The notes beneath the pieces are model-generated. The model saw only the letters and a list, made by a program, of their open reading frames with translations. It ran no database searches and was not told the origin of the DNA. 64,000 nt of DNA from an uncultured Haloferula sp. Lineage in GTDB: Bacteria; Verrucomicrobiota; Verrucomicrobiia; Verrucomicrobiales; Akkermansiaceae. Shown piece by piece: positions 9,426 through 18,104 of the stretch. The position numbers and the translations under genes were made by a program. Location of the stretch: contig CBFGTS010000001.1 in NCBI GenBank assembly GCA_965652295.1, positions 448,001 through 512,000 of the forward strand, read 5' to 3'. Position 1 is the first letter of the stretch. Each line of letters opens with the position of its first letter.

Positions 9426-10727
9426 ATGATTCCGCTCCGTTCCCAGCCCATCTCCGCCTCGTCGTTGTCTTTCCTCCTTGTCTGCTGCGTCCACGGCGAG
9501 CAGGCGAGGGACAATGGGGAAGAGGTCATGGAAAAGCTCTCGAAGTCGGACCCGGTGACGGTGGAGACCGCGGTCGGCCCGTTGACGCTGCCGCCGCCTT
9601 ATCATTCCGAATCCGCGCGCAACGCGACCCGTCAGGTCGATTGGCCGGAAGAAGAGACGCCGAAGGCACCGCCCGGCTTCCAGGTCAGCCGCTATGCCGA
9701 TGGGTTGCAGCATCCGCGCCGCGCTTATGTGGCACCGAACAAGGACGTCTTCGTGGTCGAGTCCGACACCCGTGACAGCGCGAACCGGATCACACTGCTG
9801 CGCGATGCCGACCAGGATGGTACACCGGACGAGCGCACCGTGTTTCTGAAGGACCTCAAGCAACCTTACGGGATGCTGATCCTCGACGGGTTCTTCTACG
9901 TGGCGAACACCGGCGGACTATTGCGGTATCCGTATGAAGAGGGCGCGACGAAGATCGAGGCCGAGGGCGAAAAGATCCTCGGGCTACCGGCCGGCGGCTA
10001 CAACCACCACTGGACCCGCAATCTGATTGCCGGGCAGGACGGAGAAAAGATCTACGTTTCGGTCGGCTCGGCGAGCAACGTGGGGGAGTACGGGATGGAG
10101 CACGAGGAACGGCGGGCCGCGATTCTGGAAATCAATCCGGATGGCACGGGCGAGCGGATCTATGCCTCGGGACTGCGCAACCCGGTCGGCATGGACTTCA
10201 ATCCGGTGACCGGCGAGCTGTGGACGGCGGTGAACGAACGGGACAAGCTGGGGGATCGCCTCGTCCCCGACTACCTGACGAGCGTGAAGGAGGGGGGCTG
10301 GTATGGGTGGCCGTATTCCTACTTCGGCCAGATCCGGGACCCGCGGTGGCGCCACGATCCTCATGAGGAGATGGTCGAGAAGGCGATCGTGCCGGATGTC
10401 CCGCTTGGAAACCACACCGCGAGCCTCGGGCTGGTTTTTTACACCGGTGAGGCCTTTCCGGAGAAATACCGGAACGGTGCTTTCGTCGGTCAGCATGGAT
10501 CGTGGAACCGGACGACGCTGGCGGGCTACAAGGTGGTGTTCGTGCCTTTTGATGAGGAGGGGCGTCCGGAACCGGCGGAGGATTTCCTGACCGACTTCAT
10601 CGCGGACGAGGAGGAAAGCAAGGTTTACGGCCGCCCGGTGGGCGTGGCGATGCTGCCGGACGGGTCGCTGCTCGTGTGCGACGATGCGGCCGGTATCGTG
10701 TGGCGGGTGACGGCGGAAGGCGCGTGA
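9426..10727 (+). CDS. Sorbosone dehydrogenase / PQQ-dependent sugar dehydrogenase family
   Basis: HHWTRN, YVSVGSASN, ASGLRNPVG, VNERD.LGD.LVPDY, YGWPYSY, HGSWNR, GRPVGV. Confidence 0.88.
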   Translation: MIPLRSQPISASSLSFLLVCCVHGEQARDNGEEVMEKLSKSDPVTVETAVGPLTLPPPYHSESARNATRQVDWPEEETPKAPPGFQVSRYADGLQHPRRAYVAPNKDVFVVESDTRDSANRITLLRDADQDGTPDERTVFLKDLKQPYGMLILDGFFYVANTGGLLRYPYEEGATKIEAEGEKILGLPAGGYNHHWTRNLIAGQDGEKIYVSVGSASNVGEYGMEHEERRAAILEINPDGTGERIYASGLRNPVGMDFNPVTGELWTAVNERDKLGDRLVPDYLTSVKEGGWYGWPYSYFGQIRDPRWRHDPHEEMVEKAIVPDVPLGNHTASLGLVFYTGEAFPEKYRNGAFVGQHGSWNRTTLAGYKVVFVPFDEEGRPEPAEDFLTDFIADEEESKVYGRPVGVAMLPDGSLLVCDDAAGIVWRVTAEGA

Positions 10728-10795
10728 CGAGCGGTCGGTCTGCGGGCTCGGGAAACCGATTGCATGGGAGCGCTTCGCGGGCACCTTGATTGATC

Positions 10796-11113
10796 ATGAA
10801 AGCCCTTCTTTTACCTTCTCTGATCGTCGCGATGCTGGCCGGGTCCCTGAGTGCGCAGGAACCCGTGACGGCGGATCTGGAGGAGCGCGCCGCAGTGCTG
10901 GTGCGGCTCGTTTCCTCGCTGGAAAGCGCCGCGACCCGCATCGATGTGGTGCTGGTGCGGGGCGAGGTCCGGATGGACATCACGAACGTCACAGGCGTCC
11001 GGTCGGACGGGCGGATGCTGATCTTCGACTACGAAAAGGAGGGTGCCGCCACGCCTCTCCGCGCGGTCTGCGATGCGTCCGACGTGCTGGCCATTTTGGA
11101 AAACCCGCGCTGA
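10796..11113 (+). CDS. Small secreted hypothetical protein
   Basis: Signal peptide MKALLLPSLIVAMLAGSLSAQ; coding-like codon usage. Confidence 0.6.
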   Translation: MKALLLPSLIVAMLAGSLSAQEPVTADLEERAAVLVRLVSSLESAATRIDVVLVRGEVRMDITNVTGVRSDGRMLIFDYEKEGAATPLRAVCDASDVLAILENPR

Positions 11114-11121
11114 TTCGGTGC

Positions 11122-12519
11122 TTAGGCTGAGGCGACCGAGAGGGCCTTGAGCAGGAGCGGATGGGCATCGATGTTCCGCATGAAGGCCGGGAACAGGTGG
11201 CTGCCGGGGCCGTAGGCGCAGAATTCCACCAGATCGGCGGTGTGGTTGGCGCTGGTCCAGCGGATGCCGTGGTGGTCGCCGAAGAGGTGGCCGAGGTCGA
11301 TGCTCTTGAGACCCTGCGCCCGCTTCAGCTCGTCCTTGCCGAGCTTCAGGCCGGTGTGTTGTTCGATGAACTCGCTGAGCGGGGGACCGCTGAGGCCGCC
11401 GCCCTGGTTGCGCAGCCATTCGAGCGATTGTTTGAACGGACGGACGTGGTCGAAGCAGAGCGTCGTTCCGTTGTAGATGCCGGGAGCCATCTTCTGGTCC
11501 GGACGCGCGTTCATGCCATTGAGCTGGATGCCGCCGCAGCCGTGATCGGTGGTCACGACCAGCAGCGTGTCGTCGCGCTTCGAGACATATTCGAGCATTG
11601 CGGCGATGGTTTCGTCGAAATCGAGCTGCTCGTGGATGCTCGCCACGGCGTCGTTGGCGTGGCCGCAGTGGTCGATGCGCGCGCCTTCGACCATGAGGAA
11701 CCAGCGGTCGCTCGCCAGCGAATCGAGCCGCGTCACGGCGAGGTCCGCCATTTCCTTCAGTGAAGGGCGCTTGCGGGTCTCCTCCTTGCTGGCGCGGCGG
11801 TCGATGGCATAAGGCATGTAGCCGGAGGCGAAGATGCCGAGCAGCGGGCGGTCATCGGTTGCGCGAGTGCCGAGCAGATCGTCGCGGTATTCGAGGATCT
11901 CATAGCCCGCCTCGGTGTATTTCTCCTTCAGGTCCTTCGAGAAAAACCTCCGTCCGCCGCCGAGGGCGACCTGCACGCCGCGGGCGAGGTACTGGCGTGC
12001 GATCTCTTCCTCGTTTCCACGGTCCTGGACATTGGCGGCGAAGCCCGCCGGGGTGGCGTGGGTAATCGATGCGGTGGAGACGAGCCCAGTCGGGATGCCA
12101 TGCTCGCGGAGCTGCGCTTGGAGGGGCTTGTGCATCCGCCCTTCCGGCGAAATGTTGATGGTGCCGTTGTTGACCCGCTGGCCGCCGCCCCAGGCGCTGG
12201 CCGCCGCGGCCGAATCGGTGACCAGGCTGTTGGCGGAGGAGGTTTCGACCAGGCTGCGGACGACCGGCAGCTCGCGGTACATGTTCATCCACGCCGTGGA
12301 TTTACCGTCGAAATGGCTGAGGTAGTGCTGCGCCAGCGAGAGCGCGCCGTGGTTCATGCCATCGCTGACCATGAAGATGATCTTCTTCGGCAGCCCGGAG
12401 TTTTCCTTGGAGCGACGGGTTTCCTGGGCGTGTAGCGAGGCTTCCGCCCCGAAGGCGGCGGTGGCGGCGGATGCGGCTTTGAGGAAATGGCGGCGCGATG
12501 TGGCGGACGGATGACTCAT
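11122..12519 (-). CDS. Alkaline phosphatase (PhoA family) with Tat signal
   Basis: SRRHFLK twin-arginine leader; IFMVSDGM, VTDSAAAAS, THATPAGF, EGARIDHCGH, TTDH, HT metal and catalytic motifs. Confidence 0.9.
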   Translation of the reverse strand: MSHPSATSRRHFLKAASAATAAFGAEASLHAQETRRSKENSGLPKKIIFMVSDGMNHGALSLAQHYLSHFDGKSTAWMNMYRELPVVRSLVETSSANSLVTDSAAAASAWGGGQRVNNGTINISPEGRMHKPLQAQLREHGIPTGLVSTASITHATPAGFAANVQDRGNEEEIARQYLARGVQVALGGGRRFFSKDLKEKYTEAGYEILEYRDDLLGTRATDDRPLLGIFASGYMPYAIDRRASKEETRKRPSLKEMADLAVTRLDSLASDRWFLMVEGARIDHCGHANDAVASIHEQLDFDETIAAMLEYVSKRDDTLLVVTTDHGCGGIQLNGMNARPDQKMAPGIYNGTTLCFDHVRPFKQSLEWLRNQGGGLSGPPLSEFIEQHTGLKLGKDELKRAQGLKSIDLGHLFGDHHGIRWTSANHTADLVEFCAYGPGSHLFPAFMRNIDAHPLLLKALSVASA

Positions 12520-12678
12520 GGCGGGACGGAAGGAAACGGGCGGAGGAAGCCGGGGCTTTCATGACCGGCGCTGACCTTTGCCCTTACCATGGCCGAAGCG
12601 GCCGCCGGATGCCGAGCGGGAATTTTGCCGGTTGTTCCTCGTTGGCGATCTCGGGCGGTACTGGCGACGGGCAGCCCA

Positions 12679-12726
12679 TTCATGATCGGGATGCGCCGCG
12701 CCGACCAGCACGTGGCCAACTTCATG
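12679..12726 (-). pseudogene. Orphan remnant copy of the HEXXH motif region of 13677..16580
   Basis: HEVGHVLVGAAHPDHE versus HEIGHVLVGPGHPDHE (13821..13868): 13/16 aa and 39/48 nt identical. Confidence 0.7.
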
Positions 12727-12766
12727 CGGAATGATATTCAAGGCTCCGGATGATGAAGCCGGACCC

Positions 12767-13684
12767 TCATCGCTTCGCATTGGTTCTGCGGAGCTTTCGC
12801 CAGACCAAGAGAATGACTGCCACCAGTCCGAGCCCTCCGCCAACCATCCACCAATGATTCGCCCCTTGCGCCGGATCATCTGCGGAGTCCTCGCTTCCCG
12901 CAGCTTCGCGGTTCTGCGTCGTTCGCCTCCGATGGTTCTCTGGATCTGCGTTGTCAGCACCCGGTCTCAGCTCTCGTTCCGCCGGGCCTTCCAGCGTGTA
13001 GGGTTGCGGATCGCCTTTGAAGCGGAAGGTCCGGGTGCCGGCTTTCACTTGCTCAAACCAGAGCTGCCACGTCTTGAGATCGTCCTCGCGAATATGAAGA
13101 GGAACTGATTGTCTTCCATCAGCCGGGGGATCATCCAGAAGAACCGTCAAGGCCTCTTGCGCGTATATCGGGTTTTCTGGCGGTGACGAAGTTCCTGGAT
13201 CCTCGCCGTGGGGATAAGGCACGCCGGAGTCGTCGCTCAATAGCTCTCCCAGAACCCGGACTGATTCCAGCGAGGGAATCACTTCGAATGTGTGGATAAT
13301 GCGAAGCCTCACATCATCATATCGATGAGCTTTCCCGCTTTGCCAAGCCTCTCGCTCTTTATCAATTATTGCCTGCAAATAATCCCCGTGGCGAGGGATC
13401 GAAATAATGGAATTCACAACCTCTTGCCGGACATCAAATCGCTCCTCAAGTGGATAAATGCTTTTCTGTCCAAGTTTCCAAACTCCCAGAGCCAAACGCT
13501 CGATTTTTTCCGCGCTGGGATCTGTTTCGGCCTCCTTGGCAAGTGCCCTCCAGGATTCGAAGGCTCGATGGACTCTTTCCAATTTTTGGTGGTCTATGTC
13601 GAACTTGCTTGTGTCTCCATAGGTAGAGATAATTGCAAACAAAATCCACACCCACGCCCACGCTCCAATTCTTTTATTACTCAT
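12767..13684 (-). CDS. Hypothetical exported protein with C-terminal TM anchor
   Basis: N-terminal hydrophobic leader; C-terminal WWMVGGGLGLVAVILLVWRKLRR. Start overlaps the upstream stop (alternative start 13696). Confidence 0.7.
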   Translation of the reverse strand: MSNKRIGAWAWVWILFAIISTYGDTSKFDIDHQKLERVHRAFESWRALAKEAETDPSAEKIERLALGVWKLGQKSIYPLEERFDVRQEVVNSIISIPRHGDYLQAIIDKEREAWQSGKAHRYDDVRLRIIHTFEVIPSLESVRVLGELLSDDSGVPYPHGEDPGTSSPPENPIYAQEALTVLLDDPPADGRQSVPLHIREDDLKTWQLWFEQVKAGTRTFRFKGDPQPYTLEGPAERELRPGADNADPENHRRRTTQNREAAGSEDSADDPAQGANHWWMVGGGLGLVAVILLVWRKLRRTNAKR

Positions 13685-16580
13685 CAATAATTTCACTTAG
13701 TTTCTCCTCGCACGCATCCCACTCGCCCTTCACCAAGAGGATTCCGTCAGACTGGCTGATTAAACCCGAGCACATCAAACGACGGGTCCGATCCGTTCCA
13801 GGCAAGGGGCATGGGCCCGATTCATGATCAGGATGGCCTGGGCCAACCAGCACGTGCCCAATCTCATGCGCCATCGTACTGAGCACGGCGGTCGTTGCGC
13901 CAGAGCCCGCGACTAGCCAACAATGTCGTCTGTCAATGTCGGTCTTTCCAGAGAAGCCACTGGACCCAGCCGCCGGGTGGGTCACGCCGTCCACAACACC
14001 TCCGAGAAGAAATATCTCAATAGCCGCCGTCGATCCCTGGAGATTCGCACTGAGCGCATCTCTGACCGATGTCGCTTCGATCCCGAACTGATTGGTCGTG
14101 TCAAACGCGCCTTCGCCACCGACATTGGGAGGATTTTCCTCATAGCCCTGGTCCTCCGGAGTGGAGGAATCGAATTCGACCGTTACGGGAATCACAGTGG
14201 CATCAAAATCAGCATTGATCTGATTGAGATAAACATCATTGAGATAATCGTCGATCTGTTGTTTGGTAAGCGCTATGGGAGGCGCGGAGACGCCGGATGT
14301 TCCCATATTTGGATAGAATGAAGAGACGCGCCACACGTTCACCTTCACCGTCCTCCTCTTCATCACCTTAACCCCCAGCGGCTTGGAGAGTGCGGTGGCG
14401 TCACCACTCTTGATGGTGACGGCGTGGTCAGCCGAAATGGCGGTGGCTGGCGCGGAGATCGTCACGGTGTTGTCGAAGGAGTCCAACGGATGCTCGGCAC
14501 TACCCCCGAACACAAAGCCGCCCGGCGACTCCAAGGTCAGCTCGGAGCCGGGGCCCGCGGTTGTCTGGAGGTGGAACGTATTGCTGCCGCCGGCCGGTGC
14601 CATCACCCACAGGCGGTCCTCGCAGGCATCTCCGGGTTCGCTGCTCGTTACCGAGACGGCATCGACTCCGGTGGCGAACTCGTCGTCGCTTATAACGAGC
14701 GGGATCCCCAATGCGTAATCGAATCCACCCTGGGATCTGGGTTTCTGCATGACGAGGGCTCCCGAGTTACTCAAGTTGGTGAGTTTCACATCGGCGCCCG
14801 CCCAATTTCCGGAGATCTCGGGCGCAGCGTCCTTCAACGAAGAAGACAGTCCGTTGAACCACAGCGGCTCGGATGTCGATGGCACAATCGCCCAACCGAG
14901 AGCGCAAATGTCCCGACATTTCGGCAAACTTCCAGCTGCCATCCAATCCACACCGGGGCCACTGATCTGAATCGCTTCTTCCGATGTAGGAACCGCCGCC
15001 AAACCACCTTCAGGAAGGGGAACGAACTCACGAATTCTCGTATCAAACTCTTTCAAGCCGGAGTCCGCAGTCTGCAGCGTGGTCTTGTCAATGCCTTCAT
15101 GCCACCAATATCGGGAGATATCGAGCAGCCCATCTGCTCTGACAGATGACGAGTCGTAGGTGGCATTTCCTGCCATTGCAGGCAGTGACCAGATCCGCTC
15201 TCCTTTGCTGGTGATGGTGTCTTCTCCGTTTTCACCGGTCGAGGCTTCGAACAATTCGGCTATGAACTTCCGGTCATTCGTGAGCGCCTGTCGATAATTG
15301 CCTGGGGTTTGAAGCATCTGAGGAGAAACGCCCGCCCACTCCGAGTCGTTGTCCAGCAATCGTTGCGGAGCGGCGTCGGGAGAGACCCACCAGCACATCT
15401 CGGCTCTGGATTTTTCATAGGGGGTGACCTGGCTGATATGGTTTCCCCAGCCAAGAATCTGTCCGTATGCGTTCATGGAAAGTGGCACACAGTATTTCAT
15501 ACCCACGCCGAACGAACGGGCGAGATTCAATCCGTGATAGGCCCCTTCCTTCCAAACTCCGGAGCTATAAAGAACCGCCCCACCATCCGTGGCCACGATA
15601 GGGCTTTCCTCTTGTCCGTAGGGGTCGATTGCTCCATTCAGGGGGAAAACGGCGTATTTCGGAGCCGAGGAGCGTGCCCAGTAAATCGCTCTGTCGCTAT
15701 GGACGGCATCCTCGATATCCGGAGTTCCATCGCCGTCGAAATCGAGATCCAGCCCGTCGGGCAGGCCGTCGTCGTCCGTGTCGGGATTGAAAGGATTGCC
15801 GACCGGACCGTCCGGGGCGTTGGGATCGGGCTCGTAGGCGAATTCCATCCAGTCCGGCGTGCCGTCGTGGTCGGAGTCCACGTCTCCATCGGCCCGCACC
15901 CGGAGGAACCGCAATGCCCCGGGGTCGGGCGGGGCGGCCGGAGGCGCGGCGAGAGCCAGCTGGTAGTTCGCCGCCACTTCCTGATTCATCTCCGGCAGGG
16001 CATCGACCAAGGCCGCCCACATGAGCGCATCGGCTCCCACAAGCTCGGACTCATCCTCGGGCACGGGAGCGTCGGCCATCTGATGCATGATGAAGAACGT
16101 GTGATTGCCGAATTTCTGAAAATACAGCGGCACCATCGTCCAGGCTGGGTCGAGAGAGATCTCCGCGTGGCGGGACAGGAGCGATTGGTTTTCGAGCGAG
16201 CGCCACGTGGCGACGACCCCGCCTCCCGCGGCGGGGCTCACGACCAGGGTGGCATGCACGGGTTCCGGCTCCGGGTCCGGTGGATCGCCTCCCGGGGGTT
16301 CGGGCGGCGGCGGTGCCACGGCGGTTTCCAACAAGGCGCAAGCATGCTCGTGACCCAGCGCGTAGAACGGATCCCCCACCGGCGACCAGTTCAGCAAATC
16401 ATCCGAAGCCTCGAATTGGTAGAGGACTCCGGGCAGGGACTTGAACACCAGCGAGGTCTGGGTGGAGCCATCCGTCGCAGTCAGGGATTGGAGGGAGAAC
16501 GGAGGCACCAGCAGATCCTGGCCGAAAGCCAGGGAAGCGGATGCCAAGGCACAACAAAGCAGGGGGAACGGACGTTGCAT
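13677..16580 (-). CDS. Large secreted protein with Asp-rich Ca-binding-type repeats and C-terminal zincin-like HEXXH domain
   Basis: Signal peptide MQRPFPLLCCALASASLAFG; DSDHDG/DTDDDG/DFDGDG repeats; MAHEIGHVLVGPGHPD...RLM (HExxH, third His, Met-turn-like). Confidence 0.7.
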   Translation of the reverse strand: MQRPFPLLCCALASASLAFGQDLLVPPFSLQSLTATDGSTQTSLVFKSLPGVLYQFEASDDLLNWSPVGDPFYALGHEHACALLETAVAPPPPEPPGGDPPDPEPEPVHATLVVSPAAGGGVVATWRSLENQSLLSRHAEISLDPAWTMVPLYFQKFGNHTFFIMHQMADAPVPEDESELVGADALMWAALVDALPEMNQEVAANYQLALAAPPAAPPDPGALRFLRVRADGDVDSDHDGTPDWMEFAYEPDPNAPDGPVGNPFNPDTDDDGLPDGLDLDFDGDGTPDIEDAVHSDRAIYWARSSAPKYAVFPLNGAIDPYGQEESPIVATDGGAVLYSSGVWKEGAYHGLNLARSFGVGMKYCVPLSMNAYGQILGWGNHISQVTPYEKSRAEMCWWVSPDAAPQRLLDNDSEWAGVSPQMLQTPGNYRQALTNDRKFIAELFEASTGENGEDTITSKGERIWSLPAMAGNATYDSSSVRADGLLDISRYWWHEGIDKTTLQTADSGLKEFDTRIREFVPLPEGGLAAVPTSEEAIQISGPGVDWMAAGSLPKCRDICALGWAIVPSTSEPLWFNGLSSSLKDAAPEISGNWAGADVKLTNLSNSGALVMQKPRSQGGFDYALGIPLVISDDEFATGVDAVSVTSSEPGDACEDRLWVMAPAGGSNTFHLQTTAGPGSELTLESPGGFVFGGSAEHPLDSFDNTVTISAPATAISADHAVTIKSGDATALSKPLGVKVMKRRTVKVNVWRVSSFYPNMGTSGVSAPPIALTKQQIDDYLNDVYLNQINADFDATVIPVTVEFDSSTPEDQGYEENPPNVGGEGAFDTTNQFGIEATSVRDALSANLQGSTAAIEIFLLGGVVDGVTHPAAGSSGFSGKTDIDRRHCWLVAGSGATTAVLSTMAHEIGHVLVGPGHPDHESGPCPLPGTDRTRRLMCSGLISQSDGILLVKGEWDACEEKLSEIIDE

Positions 16581-16604
16581 GATAGGATCAGGTTCGAATC
16601 TGAC

Positions 16605-16801
16605 GTCCGTTCCGGTGGACGGGGAGTGAATAAGCCGCACACAGTCGGCCGCAACGGCCTTTAGCCGTTCTCCCCGAAGGAAGGCGGCCTGGACATGCGC
16701 CGCCGCCTCCCCGGCCATTTCGGTCGGTTTGGCGGCATCGTTCGCGGTCGATGCCGACCGCTGTGTGGGAGGTTATTCAGACCTCGTCCGCTGGAGCGGA
16801 C
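16605..16801 (+). ncRNA. Candidate structured RNA or structured element, family unassigned
   Basis: 20-bp closing stem 16605-24/16782-801 (16 WC + 4 G.U on the + strand), then TGAATAA/TTATTCA, CACACAG/CTGTGTG and internal hairpins. Confidence 0.45.
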
Positions 16802-16933
16802 ATGAGCACCCTGTGAAGCGGTTGTTATCATGACAAGCTCAAAGAGTCTCAAACGCCCGTACCACAGGGGTGGGCGAGGGCGGAAATGGGGCCGGGCATA
16901 GGGATGATGGTTTCGGAGGAGCGGATGCCCAAC

Positions 16934-16970
16934 GAAAAAGGCGCGGCGAACTGTTTCATTCACCGCGCCT
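16934..16970 (-). terminator. Rho-independent terminator
   Basis: Minus strand reads AGGCGCGGTGAA-loop-TTCGCCGCGCCT followed by TTTT. Confidence 0.7.
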
Positions 16971-17398
16971 CGCAACCATCACCATTCAAAAGGCTTCTGT
17001 GTTCCCCCAAACGATTTGTACCGAAGTCTTCTGACCGGTGATGCTGAAACGTCGGGAAGGGCTTTCCCGAGCCGTGACAAGGACACACGAAATGTTAGAG
17101 TACGTCACTGCCGCGATCGCGTAGCCCCGGCGGGCTGCCGGGCGGGTCGGATGTCTGTTAGGAACCGGCCGTGCCGGAGCAGGGTGGGAAGGGCCTCAAC
17201 GTCTGGACGCTGCCGCGGTCCTGGAGCAGCAGCAGCGCGGCGGGCGGCATGGCCTCCGCGCCGGGTGCATCGATCGCGCGGCGCGGGGCGAGGCGGGCGA
17301 CGAAGACATCGCTGCCCAAGCGCCCGAAGAGGTAGCCCTCGCGTAGCAGCGCCAGCGAGCTGTCGAACGCACCGTCGGAGGGGGGCGCTCATGCCGTG

Positions 17399-17947
17399 TC
17401 AGTTCCGTCCCGATGCGGAAATCGCATCCTGCACCGAATCCGGGCGCTTCGCATCGCCTGCGTCGTCAGGCAGAGGAAGGCGCTGGGAGAGTTCGACGAG
17501 TTCCTGGATCGCGGCCCGCTCCTCCTCGAGGGACTTGGTGAGGCGGGCGGCGTCGTCGTCCAAGCCGAGACGACGGGCGAGGCTGGCGACGAAACGATAG
17601 CCGGCGATTTCGTAATGTTTCACCCGCACGCAGTGGGCGACCACGAGGAGATCGCGGACGCGGGCATTGCCTGTGGCGGCGATGTGCTGGTTGCCGCCGT
17701 GGATGAGGCCGAGCATCGCCTGGCAGGTATCGCCGGTGGGTTCGCTGCCGTAGCGCTCGAAGATGTCACGGATGCGGTCCTTTTGCCGGCTGGTGAGATC
17801 CTCGGCCTGCCTCAGCAGTTTCCGCAGGGCGTCGGAACTCACCGCCTCGGCGAGGGAGCCGAGGGTGAGGGCGACCTGCGATTCGGCGCTGAAAAGATCG
17901 CGGAGCTGGTCGAGATAAAGATCGGTTCGGGTTTCAATGGTTTTCAT
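17399..17947 (-). CDS. DUF892 (YciE/YciF) ferritin-like protein
   Basis: LYLDQLRDLFSAESQ, CQAMLGLI, VKHYEIAGY, L..SLEEE; AGGAGAGG Shine-Dalgarno upstream. Confidence 0.85.
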   Translation of the reverse strand: MKTIETRTDLYLDQLRDLFSAESQVALTLGSLAEAVSSDALRKLLRQAEDLTSRQKDRIRDIFERYGSEPTGDTCQAMLGLIHGGNQHIAATGNARVRDLLVVAHCVRVKHYEIAGYRFVASLARRLGLDDDAARLTKSLEEERAAIQELVELSQRLPLPDDAGDAKRPDSVQDAISASGRN

Positions 17948-18104
17948 CAACCCTCTCCTTGGCAGGAAGCATGCCTGCCTTCCCCGGCTGCTTCGCGGGC
18001 TCGTCAGCGTCGGTTGGAAAGATTGTCCTCCGCGTTTTTGGCTTTGCCGTTTCCAGCGGAAAACCTTCTGCGTAGGCTCCGCCGCCATCGTCTCAACGAT
18101 CCGT

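Noticed and set aside
16668..16690. CCCCGAAGGAAGGCGGCC resembling SRP RNA helix 8
   Set aside because: Lacks the conserved CAGG/AGCAG internal loop and GNRA tetraloop geometry.
17016..17600. Arg/Ala-rich ORFs 17016..17600 (+) and 17105..17392 (-)
   Set aside because: No motifs, composition typical of non-coding GC-rich frames, and overlap with the DUF892 gene or the candidate sRNA promoter region.
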